The notes under the pieces are model-generated. The model was not told where the DNA came from, searched no databases, and saw only the letters and a program-made list of their open reading frames with translations. A DNA stretch of 64,000 bases from contig CM075994.1 in the NCBI GenBank assembly GCA_038087875.1, positions 6,574,001-6,638,000 on the forward strand. The letters are read 5' to 3'. Position numbers and translations under genes: made by a program. This document shows, piece by piece, positions 13,157 through 25,800 of this stretch. This DNA is from Malacoraja senta. Taxonomy: Eukaryota. The stretch's first letter is position 1, and each line of letters begins with the position of its first letter.

Positions 13157-13815
13157 CTGAAATAAATAAAACACAAATCTCAATAGACTAAGATGGATCG
13201 TCATGATCCCGACGGCGGGTATTTCATCAAATTGCTACAAAAAAAACCTCTGCTAATTCCCATTTCCCAACTCCTTGCCGCTGTCACACAGACGGAAAAT
13301 TGATATTGTCGTAGAGACACCGAACATGGGGGAAAGCATTAGGCATGTAGTTGAACATAACTGCGAGTATGCAAACTACAAGTAAAACCGAGCAGGTGGT
13401 GGGATTTTATCTGGAGAAGATGTCAGAGATAAATGGTTGGAACATTTTAAGATCAGCGGCGGATTTAAATGGGTGGGGGTTGGAAATATTATCGCTGGTT
13501 GTGGAGAGAAGAAAAATAAAACCTGAAATGTATGATGGCGTTTAATAAATTCCACAAAAATGCAGTAAACAGAACGTGGAAATTACAGGGTGGCCTGAAG
13601 ACAATATTGCAGATAAATATAAGTTGAAGTGGGATAAATACATGAGGATTCCTGGAATTTGGGGCATTATTGTCTGATGTGGTGAGTAGATGGAACCATC
13701 AGAACATTGACCCAGTACAGAATTACTGGTAAAAGCTGCATTTATTTCAGAAATTTAACCCATCAGTTTGTGACTGTGCACTTTCACTTCGCCAAACTGT
13801 AGTGTAACCCCTCAC

Positions 13816-14049
13816 CTTCAGAAATATCATGCCATCCTTGTGGTCTGTCTGTTCCTGTAACTTTGAGAGTTCCTTCTGAATGGAATTTAAATTCTCTTTT
13901 ATCTTTTGAAGATATTTCTCCATTGTTGTTACAATCCTCTCCTCTTCTTCCCGGACATCTCCGAGTAAGCTCTGCTCTTTCTCAGTGAGAATCTGGTGCA
14001 GTTCAGCAAACTGGGATGTGATCTGTGACTGAAGGTTGCGTGACTCTTC
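13816..14049 (-). CDS. TRIM copy B exon 3 (coiled coil, 234 nt)
   Basis: Open: EESRNLQSQITSQFAELHQILTEKEQSLL...DGMIFLK; canonical splice sites. Confidence 0.8.
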
Positions 14050-14860
14050 CTGTCAGATGAAAGATGAGAATCAATATATTATGTCACTCTTGAGTGCAGA
14101 AATATGCCATTTGACCTAATGTGTCCATGCTGGGCTCTGTACGTATCTACACTAATCCCATTTACATGTATTTAATCCGTAGCTTTGGCAATTCAAGAGC
14201 TCGTCTTGATAATTCTAAAATATTTGGTGAAAGTAAAGTACAATCACATCATTCCCATTTCCCCAGTACAATTCCCTGCAACCGATTCAATTTTTTGTGT
14301 CCATTAACCCTCAGTGGACAGAACCAGGTCACCAGAACAAGCAGACAGCAGCACCACTTAGAATGACAGACTTTAGAGAGTAATACAGCAAGGGTGTTAG
14401 ATACAACTAAAACGCCCCATCTGCGCTATTTCCACTTGTCCACATTTGGCCAAGACAGTTCTAAAACTCTTCTCTCCATGAATTTGTTTGACTATCTTTT
14501 AAATGTTGTTACGGTACCCGACTCAACTACCTCCTCTGGCAGCTCTTTCCATGTACCCACTACAAAAGTTGCCCTTTAATCTTTTCCCTCTCTCCTAAAA
14601 CCTATACCCTCACTTTCTCGACCCCCCCTACTAAGGGTAAAAGACTGACCATCCAACATATCATTTCGTTTCATATTATACACCTGCCACAGACCATTCT
14701 TCAGATTGCTGTGCTCCAGGGAGTAAAGTCCTTGGCTGCTCAACCTCTCCCAAGTGTTCTGGCCCTCGATTACTGAGTTCTATAGAGGGGCCAAATTATT
14801 GCACACATCACAGGGATGCAATCTACGCAAAAACATTAAATCGATAGTACAAAGACTCAC

Positions 14861-14956
14861 CTGAACTCCAGAAATGCTATCTTTCTGTTCCTTCTCCGTT
14901 TTCTGGATCTCAGATTCCTTTTCTGTGAGAGATTTGAAAGAAGATTTCACTTGTTC
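14861..14956 (-). CDS. TRIM copy B exon 2 (coiled coil, 96 nt)
   Basis: Open: EQVKSSFKSLTEKESEIQKTEKEQKDSISGVQ; AG/GT boundaries. Confidence 0.8.
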
Positions 14957-15046
14957 CTGTGGTTGGGTTTCAGATCAGATAATAAAAATGTCAGACAATA
15001 AAGAAAAGATTAGACAATGATGTGATCAAAAGTGATTTGGTTTTAC

Positions 15047-15457
15047 CTTGTAGAATTCAATTGCTTCTTCTATCAGCATTAAGCTGTGAGACTTGTGTTC
15101 CCGCGCAGTTGTGCAAATCAAACAGATTAGTTTATTGTCAGTTTTACAAAACAGTTTCAGTTCTTCCTGATGTTTCTCGCAGTGAAGTTTACTTTTCTTC
15201 GCTTTGAGATTCAGGCTCAGTGTTCGAGCTTTAACACTCAGTCGAACCAAGGCCCGATTCACATTGAGGGTGCGATCTGCAGACTCCTCTCTACATTCCG
15301 GGCAGGAGTTTTTCCCCTCCTTGACCCAACTCTGTGTGATGCAGGGGCGGCAGAAGTTGTGCCCACACTCCAGTGCCACTGGATCGGTGAAGAAATCCTG
15401 GCAGATGGGACAAACTACCTCCTCGGTCCAACTCTCGACCGGGTCTTTCGCAGCCAT
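15047..15457 (-). CDS. TRIM copy B exon 1: C3HC4 RING + B-box2 (TRIM39/TRIM69/A33-like E3 ligase)
   Basis: [24 protein letters not shown]...CPEC and CEKH...FCKTD...CLIC...HKSH intact; AAG/GTAAAA donor. Confidence 0.85.
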
Positions 15458-15597
15458 TTTATTAACACCCGCACTTTCTGGTTGTAAATGTTTTCACTCA
15501 CGTGTAGTTGCGGAACCCCTGCAGTACCGCGAGTGCCCACTGCGCACACTGCCGTCCCGGGAATGAATGTTATTTGGCTGCAAGTGTTTAAAGGATA

Positions 15598-17670
15598 CTA
15601 GAATAAGTGGGACCCGTTGGGTCCCAGCATCACACGGGAGGGATGGTCACCCAACGCAATATTCCACCTCTCCACCAATTCCAATATTGCTCGCCAGTGG
15701 GGGGGTTCTGTTGCGCTAGTATGGGTGTTATGGGCCGAAGGTACTGGTTTCCAGAGGGCTAGTATAGACATCGTGGGCCGAATGGATTCTTGGGCTGGCA
15801 GTACAGTCACTCGCAAGTGCCAGGTTGGCAGCTGAGAAACTGCCAGAAATTCTGCCCAAAACAGGTGACAGACTGCGAGAGAGAAGGGGGAGAGGGTGGA
15901 CTGAATGGATTATTGGGCTGGCAGTTCACTTATTCACGGCTCGTGGGCTGGCAGTGCAGTCACTGACGCCTGGTACGCTGGCAGTTCACTCAGTCACCCC
16001 ACCTCCCTTCACACCCCCACTCTGCTCCTTCCCATTCCCCTCCCACCCACACATTCAGTGCATCTCCCCACAACCTCCCCCCATTCACTCTTAGTGGCTC
16101 TCCCACATAACAGCCATTCCTGCCTATTAGGTTCCCATTGTGATGAAGAACACGCAGGCATGAAAAGTGCAAAAAGGATTTATTAAAGTTTAAAACGTGA
16201 ATGACTTAAAATATAAGAACAATTTAAATGTTAAAGATGAGAATTATTAAGTTCTTTCTTGTTGTGTCTCTTGAGTGCTATCCTAGGAATGAGAACAATG
16301 TCATCTTTGAAGGCTCCCATGTTGATTCTTGCAACGATCAGATTATTGTGTAGCTCTTCCACAATCATCCTCGTTCCATTGCATAGCTTTGGTGGCTCCA
16401 AGTTTCTCATTAATATGATTGGAGATCCATTTTTCAACTCCAATTTGTGTGGTGGTAATCCAGAAAGCTCGAGTGAATCGACGAATCCTGTTGGGAAGTG
16501 AGTATCATGAGTTCCCTCAGTGACAGCATTGAAAGAAAAGTACTCCTTAACGATTCCAGGGAAGCGTCTGATGCATGTATAATTGTTGCTTCTCATTCTA
16601 TCGTTGTAAGGAACCAAGATACAATTGTTGGAGAATAATTCTGCAGGATTGTCAAATGTGGGATAGATGAAATCAATACAATCCTCCAGTGTTTCTGCTG
16701 ATAGAAGCATGTCTTGTGGGATTTCAATTTCATCGCCTTCATTCTTTAAAATCTTGTCTTCAACTTTCAACAAAAATTGAGAATAGTCGCCTTCTCCCTC
16801 TGTCAATCGCATATTTGTGTGCAATTGAAACTTGGTGAAAAGTCTTTACAAGTAGGATTTCTTAATGCAGGCATTTTCAACATCAGCATAATTTTCCCAT
16901 TTCACCACAGCAAGTAGTTGTCGAAAATCGCCACAACAAACGATAAGAATGCCGCCAAAAGGCTTAATGTTGCTGCAGACATCTTGAAGAGTTCTGTCCA
17001 CCACTTCAAAGCTTTCTCGCCTAATCATTGGACATTCATCCCAAACAATCACTTTCACTTGCCTCATGAAATGTGCCATCTTAGTTCTTCTCGATGTTGC
17101 AGAATGTATCCAAGGCCACTTGGATGGGTATCTTGAATCGAGAATGTGCAGTTCTTCCACCAGGCATTAATGTAGCTGCTATCCCAGAGGATGCTACAGC
17201 AATAGCCACATCACCTTGACCTCTAACTTTTCCTAACATGATGTCGAAAAAGCAGCCTAAAGACAATTTCAGTTGTTAATGAACACTGAAGAATTTGTGC
17301 AAAACATTTTTTTGAGGCGGGGGCTGTCAGGGTGGGGTGGGGGGTGGCAAATGAAATGCAGCCAAGGGAGGGGGACAGCGTCAGGCGGGTGCTCTCGTGG
17401 GCTGATGAGAAAGGGGGGGGGGTGTCCTCCAGCGGGGGATGTGGGCAGCTTCAGTAGGGGACAGGAGGGGGCACATCCTATAGCTAGGCGGAGGGCAGCG
17501 TCGAGGTGGGGGATGTCAGTGGGGGGGGGGGGTGACGGTGAGCGACTTGCTCATGACCTCTGGACTCACTCACTGCCTTGGGATTAACTCATGGCATTTG
17601 GACTGACTGACTCACGGCTTGCGGACTGACTGACTTATGCCCGACTTCTGGAGTCACGTCCGACTTTTGT
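15598..17670 (-). mobile_element. Helitron, internally deleted, with PIF1-like helicase remnant
   Basis: Minus-strand 3' end GGGACCC-AAC-GGGTCCC hairpin, then ACTTATT-CTAG followed by T. Helicase fragments 16231-17266 (ASSGIAATLMPGGRTAHSRF, WDECPM, GDFRQL, MRNLEPPKLCNGTR). 5' boundary approximate. Confidence 0.85.
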
Positions 17671-17799
17671 AAACTGAAAACTGTAACATCTACATTGAGG
17701 AACTGCTTCTTCCTGACAGCCATCAGGCTATTAAACATAACAAATAAGCTGTGAACTACAAAAGACTATATTATTTGTACTATTTGTTATTTGTTGATC

Positions 17800-18012
17800 A
17801 CACACCACCTCCACCTCACACAGACACTCACACACAGTCTCTCTCACACACACACAGACATACACACACACACATTCACTCACACAAACACACACACACA
17901 CAGACTCATTCACTCACACACACACACAGACTCATTCACTCACACACACACACACACACAGACTCATTCACTCACACACACACACACACACACTCATTCA
18001 CTCACACACTCA
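17800..18012. repeat. (CA)-rich microsatellite
   Basis: CACACA/CAGACTCATT iterations. Confidence 0.95.
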
Positions 18013-18194
18013 CCCAATACTAAAATGCCAAGTAACTTCAGAACGTGTTGAATATACAGTGTGTAAAACAAATCTTTAAAGCCTCCTGTAGAGGCTGCTG
18101 CTGCTGAAGCAAAAACGTGCTTTAAATAACATCCAACAAACACACTCACCAGAGACAGCAGTCAGCTCTCTTGAATTATTCAACTCGGCACCAT

Positions 18195-21100
18195 CTTTTT
18201 TTTTTTAAATATTTTTATTTATTAGAAGTATTGTACATTGCAGTGATATCAACCAAACATAACATAATACATTTCTTGTACCACTTCTTATTTTAAACTT
18301 TAAAAAGAAGAAAAATAGAAAGAGTTAGATAAGATAGTGAGTGCGTGAAAGAGTGGTCCAGAGAAACCCATAGGAATGTAAACCACAAGAAAGAGTTAAA
18401 AAGAAAACCAAAGAAAAAGAAAGAAAAAAAGAGAACAGAAGAAAGTAAAATAAGATAAGATAAAAGGGATGTACCTACTTCGTACCTTTACACACCCCTC
18501 ATCAGGTCCTGAAACCATTTATTTTCAAAGTTATGTTGCACCCTATGCTTGTAATAAGTCGATAAATGGAGACCAAATCTTCTGGAAATGGTCTGATTTG
18601 CCTGCTAAGAAGAATCTCATGTCTTCCAGGTGTAACAGTTCGGACATATTTGAAATCCACATTTTTATTGTTGGTGTGGGAGCGTTTTTCCAGAATTTAA
18701 GTATGTTTTTTTGCCATTATTAAGCCGTAATTAAGGAAGCTCTTTTGGAATGAAGTCAGCTCAAAGCTGGCTTCCATTGTTCCGAAAATAATCAATTCTG
18801 CATTCGGTTTCAGTTTTAGTTTTAATAATTTTGTAAAAATTTCAAAGATTTCATTCCAAAATTTTGGGATTTTTATACAAAAAACAAAGGAATGTGCTAT
18901 AGTTGCTTCTTGGGATAGACATTTATCACAGATGGGAGAGACATTTGGATAAAATTTACTTATTTTAGTTTTTGAGTAATATAGTCTATGTAAAGTTTTA
19001 AATGCAATTAGAATACGTCTTACATTAATCGAGCATTTGTGCACATATAGCAAGTGTTTATCCCAACTCTCTTTCGAGATTTTTATAACTAGTTCTTGTT
19101 CCCAATCTCTTCTAATTCTGTCGGATGATGGTATTTTTATATTTAGAATGATATTATACAAGTATGATATTAAATTAGTTGATTCCGCCTTCATATTCAT
19201 TGCATCGTCTGATAGGTCTGGAGACAAATTTTGATATTCTTGTGTATATTTTTTCAAATAGTCACGGATTTGAAAATATTTAAAATATTGATTACTTCTC
19301 AGATTGTATTTAAGTTGTAGTTGGTGAAATGATAAAAAATTTCCATTATCATACATGTCTCCAAACGTTTTAATTCCTATTCTGTCCCAGTGTGTAAATG
19401 ATTTATCTATAATAGATGGTTTAAACGACGGATTGTTAACTATTGGTGAGAGAAGCGATAGGTTTCTTAATTTTAAGGTTAATTTTATTTGTTTCCAAAT
19501 TCTAATTGTACTATGAATAATTGGATTTTTACTGTATATTGTATTATTCAATTTTGTTGGTGAGAGGAGGATCGCTCCTATATTAAAAGGGGAGCAATCC
19601 TCTCTTTCCATTACTATCCAATCCACCTGCTAGACAGAGTTGTCCAACAGGTGAATCACATTTTTGACATTTGCTACCCAATAATAATACCAAAATTTAG
19701 GGAGTGTTAATCCACCAAATTCTTTAGGTTTGCACAAATGTCTTCTTTGAATTCTATGGGATTTATAGTCCCATATAAAAAACGTTTTTGGTAAGTATAT
19801 TGGTATTGATTGGAATAGATATAAAATTTGTGGTAGAAAGATAATTTTTATAGCATTTATTCGGCCTATTAAAGACATCGGAAGAGTTTTCCAAAATTTA
19901 ATCAGGCGTTTAATTTATTAAGTAGGGCATATAGTTTGCATTAACTAAAGATTTATATTTTCTAGTAATTTCAATTCCCAAATATTTAAATTTTTCTGAA
20001 GCAATTTTAAAAGGGAATTTTAACAGGTGTGTTGTCTTGAGGTTTTTATCGTCATAATTTCACTTTTATTCCAATTTATTCTATACCTGAAAAGGATCCA
20101 AATTATTAGATTTAATATATTTGGTATACTGATTTGTGATTTTGTGATGTATAGTAGTACATCATCTGCGTATATTGATATTTTATTATTTGAGTATTTT
20201 GTATTATAACCATGGATATTCGGATGCGTTCTAATGCTTTCAGCTAAAGGTTCTATTACAAGAGCAAATAGCAGAGGTGATAGTGAACATCCCTGTCTAT
20301 TGCCCCTTGATAATTGAAATTTCGGGGGACAACATGTTATTAGTTAATATTCTAGCAGTGGTCCTGTCATATAATAGTTTTACCCATGAGATAAAATTCT
20401 CTCCCATTTGAAATTTTTGCAATACTTTTACAAGGTAGTCCCATTCCACTTGATCGAATACTTTTTCTGCGTCCAATGAAATAATTGATAAGTCTTGTTC
20501 TACGGTTTTATATGAATGCATTATATTAAACAGACGTCTCAGATTATTGCATGAATATCTCTTGGGTATAAACCCCGTTTGATCCGCATTTATTAATTTA
20601 CTAACATATTTACTTAATCTTCTAGCTAATGTTTTCGCTAGTATTTTTTTATCTGTATTTAACAGCGCAATGGCTCTGTATGAACCTGGGTCTTCTAAAT
20701 CTTTATCTTTTTTAGGTATAAGTGTAATAGTTGATTCTGCTAATGTTTCTGGTAGTGTTTGTTCTTTGAAAGCATATGTATACATTTTATGTAAACGTGG
20801 TGTAAGTATCTCATAAAATCTTTTATAAAATTCATTACTAAATCCATCTGGTCCTGGTGTTTTTCCATTCTTTAGTGAGTTTATTGTTTCTTCTATTTCC
20901 TTAATTGAGATTTGTGCTCCTAATTCCTCTTGTTCGATCAGGTTAAGTTTTGGGAGATTACAGTTATCCAAGAACTCTATAACTTTAGTACTATCTGCTA
21001 ACGTTTTAGATGTATATACATTTTGATAAAATTGAGCAAATCTTTTATTAATATCATTAGGTAGTGTTAACAATTCACCTTTATCTGATTTAATCTTTAA

Positions 21101-21660
21101 AATCGTATGATCTTTTTCCCGTTTTTTCAATTGACGTGCCAAAAGTTTATGCGGTTTATCACCAAATTCAAAATTTTCCTGTTTTGTAATTTGAAAATAG
21201 TCTTATAACTTTTGCTGATAATATTTTATTTTATTTAAATTTCAATATTGTTATTTTATTATGTTTATCTATAGTTGGCTCTTTAGCGTTATCTAGATCC
21301 AATTGTCTAATTTGTTCTTCTAACTGCCTTTGTTCATTCTTATTCTTTTTATTTAGAAAAGCTTGATATGAGATTGTAGATCCTCTGATAAATGTTTTAA
21401 AAGATTCCCATAGTAAAGTGGGTGATATATCTGGGGTGTCATTAGTCTCGAAAAAAAGTTCCATCTGTTGTTTTAAATATATACCACCTTATGGATCATT
21501 TAGAATTTGAGGATTAAACCTCCAAAACGATTTATTATTAGGCATTCCTTCAAGTTAAAAAAAAAAGTTAACGGGGAGTGATCAGAAATAATGCTGTTGT
21601 GATATTTTGGGTTCATTGTATAGGGAATTAATTTTGTGTCCACTAGAAAATAGTCAATAA
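18195..21660 (-). mobile_element. L1 (fish-type/Tx1-like) LINE, 5'-truncated, degenerate ORF2
   Basis: Poly(A) tail at about 18195; KTPGPDGF, SYRAIALLN, DQTGF, SLDAEKVFD, C-terminal CDKC..H..C. Confidence 0.9.
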
Positions 21661-22818
21661 TCGATCATAGAAACTGTTAAACTCTTGTCTCTGGCATTCC
21701 TCAACTCCCAATGTGTCACGGATTCACGCTCAGCAGAATCCAATGTCCATTACTTTATTCTGCAGCACACGAAAGGGTGCATCGGTTTAATTGAAAATGC
21801 CCCCATATTGCCATTATGAAGAAGCAGGTTGATGCTTTTGACAGCTAGAGATGAGATCCGGCGGCCATCATCACAGTGTCATTGTCCCAACCATCAGGAT
21901 TTTCGCTCATAATCCGGAACACAGCACGCAGATCAGATTGGTACATGCTGATGGTCTGTACTCGCCTAGAATTTGAGCTCCATCTTGTGGGCCCTGCTCT
22001 TGGTAAAAGTCACTTCACAACATCGTCCAGTAGGTAGGTGCGCTTGGTCGGCTTATTGAAGAACGTCGCAAGTCCCTCAACTGTTTTAAAAAATGCTTTA
22101 CACTCAGGCATACATTTTGCTGAATGCGAGAGCACCAGGTTCAATTTGTGTGCATAACAATGGGTCAACATGGCTTCAGGTACATTTTCTTTAATCTTGG
22201 CCTGCATCCCATTAAGATCTGATGCCATCACAGAGGCTCCGTCGTAAGTCTGAGCTACCAGCTTTTCAAAACAATTGTATTTCCCCAACACTCCCAAAAC
22301 ATAATCAGCAATAGCCGCTGCTCGTCTGTCATCACTCACATCATCAAATCCCAAGAACGCCTCCCTTACCTCACAAGTCACCTCACTTTTAGCCACATAA
22401 CGCAAAATTACAGAGACCTGGGCTGTGTTTGTGACATCCGCTGTCTCGTCTACTTCGACTGCAACAAATGCAACATTAATCTCCTCTTTGATATCATTTC
22501 AAATTACATCACCGACTGCTTCGATTAAATCATTCTGTATTCTGTTGGATGAGCCAGAAAACACAGTGGATGTCTCCAAATGTCCAGCTAACTTTTCATC
22601 TTTCTCAGCAAAAGCATGTAATAGCTCCACATAGTTGCCACGATTAGAAGAGCTTGCACTCTCATCGTTACCACAAAATGCTAATTCCTGTTTGGCTAGG
22701 AAGCAGGTCGCATTAATAAGGTCTTTTAAAATCTCACGGTTTTCCTTTACCTTAGCATTGTGGATGCTGATATTTAATCTCCGCTGTTCATTCAAAGCCA
22801 GATCTATTCGTGAAGTTC

Positions 22819-25800
22819 GGGAAACACTCCTCTTTTTCCATTCTTATCCACTCCGACTGGTGAGTTGAACTATCCAACCAGTACATTATGTTCTTAATAT
22901 GCACTGCCCAGTAGTAATACATAAAGTTAGGTAGTGATAAACCCCCAGCTTCTTTAGGTTTACACAAATGCTTTCGTTGAATTCTGTGTGCTCTATAATC
23001 CCATATAAAATTAGTGATATTAGAATCTAGTTTTTTTTAAAAAATATTTCGGAATATATATTGGGATCGCTTGAAACAAATATATTAATTGTGGTAAGAA
23101 AGTCATTTTTATAGCGTTAATTCTACCTATCAATGAGAATGGGAGCATTTTCCAAAATTTAATCATAACATTCAATTTATTTAATAGTGGCATAAAATTG
23201 GCGCTAAATAATGATTTGTGTCTTCTCGTAATTTGAATACCTAAATACCAATTTTTCTGTAGCAATTTTGAAAGGGAATTTTAATAAGTGTCTCGCATCC
23301 TGTGGTTTTAAAGGCATGATTTCGCTTTTATTCCAGTTTATTCTATATCCTGAAAAAGAACCAAATTCCTCAATTAGTGTTAATAAGGTGGGAATACTCG
23401 TTTGTGTATTAGTAATATATAAAAGAATATCATCAGCATATAACTAAATTTTATTCTTTGAGTCCTTGGTATTATATCCGTGAATATTCGGATGATTTCT
23501 AATCCTTTCAGCCAGCGGTTCTATCATAAGGGCAAATAGCAATGGTGATAAGGCACAACCCTGCCTATTACCCCTTGATAAATAAAATTTTGAAGATAAC
23601 ATATTGTTAGTTAATATTCTTGCCGTAGGTTTATCATAAAGTAGTTTAACCCATCTAATAAAATTCTCTCCCGTATTAAATTTTTCGAGTACCTTATATA
23701 AATACTGCCATTCTACCTGATCAAATGCCTTCTCTACATCCAGCGTAACGACTGAAATATCTTCAATGTCCTCTTTGTGAGAGTACATTATATTGAAAAG
23801 CCTTCTCAAGTTATTAAATGATTGTCTTTTGGGTATAAATCCCGTTTGATCCGGGTTTACCAATTTATTAATATAATTATTCAGTCTTCTTGCTAGAATC
23901 TTTGCTAAAATTTTCTGATCCGTATTTAAAAGTGATATAGCTCTGTAAGAACCCGGTTCATCTAAATCTTTATCTTTTTTTGGTATAAGCGTTATTGTTG
24001 ATTCTGCTAAAGTTTCTGGTAGTTTATTTTCGGTATAAGCCTGCGTGTATAAGTTGAATAATCTTGGTACAAGTGACTCCTGAAAGCGTTTATAAAATTC
24101 ATTACTAAAACCATCTGGTCCTGGGGTCTTCCCAATTTTCAATGAGTTTATTATTTGTTTTATTTCTTCACTAGTAATCCGTGCTCCTAATTCCTCTTGT
24201 TCTAAACTATCCAATTTAAGGAGGTTGCAAATATCTAAAAATTTTGTAATTTTACTATCATCTGTATTTATTTTAGTTGTGTATAAATTATGATAAAATT
24301 GGGCAAACCTTTTATTAATATCCTTTGGTAATGTTAGAAGCTCACCCTTATCAGATTTAATTTTAGTGATAGTATTTTCCTTTTCTTGTTGCTTCAGTTG
24401 CCTCGCTAATAATTTATGTGGCTTATCCCCAAATTCAAAGTGTGCCTGTTTTGTAATTTGGAATAGTCTTATTACTCTACCCGATAATATTCTATTGAGT
24501 TTATATTTCAATAAGGTTATCTTATTATGCTCATCTATAGTTGGGTCACTTGCATTGTCCAGTTCTAGTAATTTTATTTCCTGTTCTATCCTCTGAAGTT
24601 CTCTTTTATTTTCTTTATTTTGATAACTTTGATAAGAGATTATAACACCGCGAATGTATGCCTTAAAGGTTTTCCATAATAGCGATACAGAAATACCCGG
24701 CGTATCATTTGTCTCGAAAAAAATTTTTGTTTGTTCTTTTATATACTCATAACCCTGCGGGTTATTTAATATTTGTGCGTTGAATTTCCAAAAAGAATTT
24801 ATACCCGGCATTCCCTCGATTTTAAGTATAAAAGTCAGTGGTGAATGATCGGAAATAATACTATTATGATATGATGGTTTAATTGTATACGGGATTAATT
24901 TTGTATCCACTAAGAAATAGTCAATTCGTGAATAAGTTTTATGAGGCGACGAGTAAAACGAATATTCCCTTCCAATTGGGTTTGCTATTCTCCAAACGTC
25001 AGTTATGTTATTATTTTTTATATAAGTATTTAAAAATTCACAGGTCTTGGTTTTAACTAGACGCTACCCTACCTTTATTGATTTATCTAAGTATTGGTCT
25101 ATAACACAATTAAAATCTCCCCCCATTATAATATTTTGATAATTATGCTCTGCAATTATATCTAGTATTTTCTTAAAAAATTGGGGTTTATCAAAATTAG
25201 GCGCATAAATATTTATCATAGTTAATGGTGTATTGTAAATTTCTCCCGTGACTATAACGTATCTTCCCTCTTTATCAGATATAGACTTCTTTAATTTAAA
25301 AGGTATACCTTTCCGAATTATAATGACCGTGCCTCTTGCTTTAGAAGTGAATGAGGAGTAGTAGGTTTGACCAATCCAGTTTGCCCTTAATCTGATCTGC
25401 GTTTGTTGTTTCAAATGCGTTTCTTGTAGGAAAGCAATATCAACGTTTAATGATTTTAATTGTGCCAGAATTTTACCCCTCTTAATTGGCTCATTCGCAC
25501 CTCTAATGTTCCAACTACAAAAAGTGAGACCTCCGGTGTTTATTCGACTATTATCTTGCATTGGCTATTATTACCAGAATGTATAATTCATGTGATGCAG
25601 CGAAGTACCTCGAAATCCCGAGTCCAGGGTTGTCCTTCATAATTTCTGCACTAGTTTTACATCTCCTGACACTATTAAACATAATTAAGGGAAAAAGAAA
25701 AACATAAAATGAAGTGTTCATTAAGATTGTTAAATCATACAACGCATAATAGTGAATAAACAAAAAAAGTGAATGTAAGTTATCAAAAAAGCGATATCTT

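Noticed and set aside
16231..17266. Cellular PIF1 gene
   Set aside because: Intronless, frameshifted and inside Helitron termini.
22010..22795. Host ZMYM1/ZNF862-like gene
   Set aside because: Intronless, fragmented hAT transposase interrupted by L1s.
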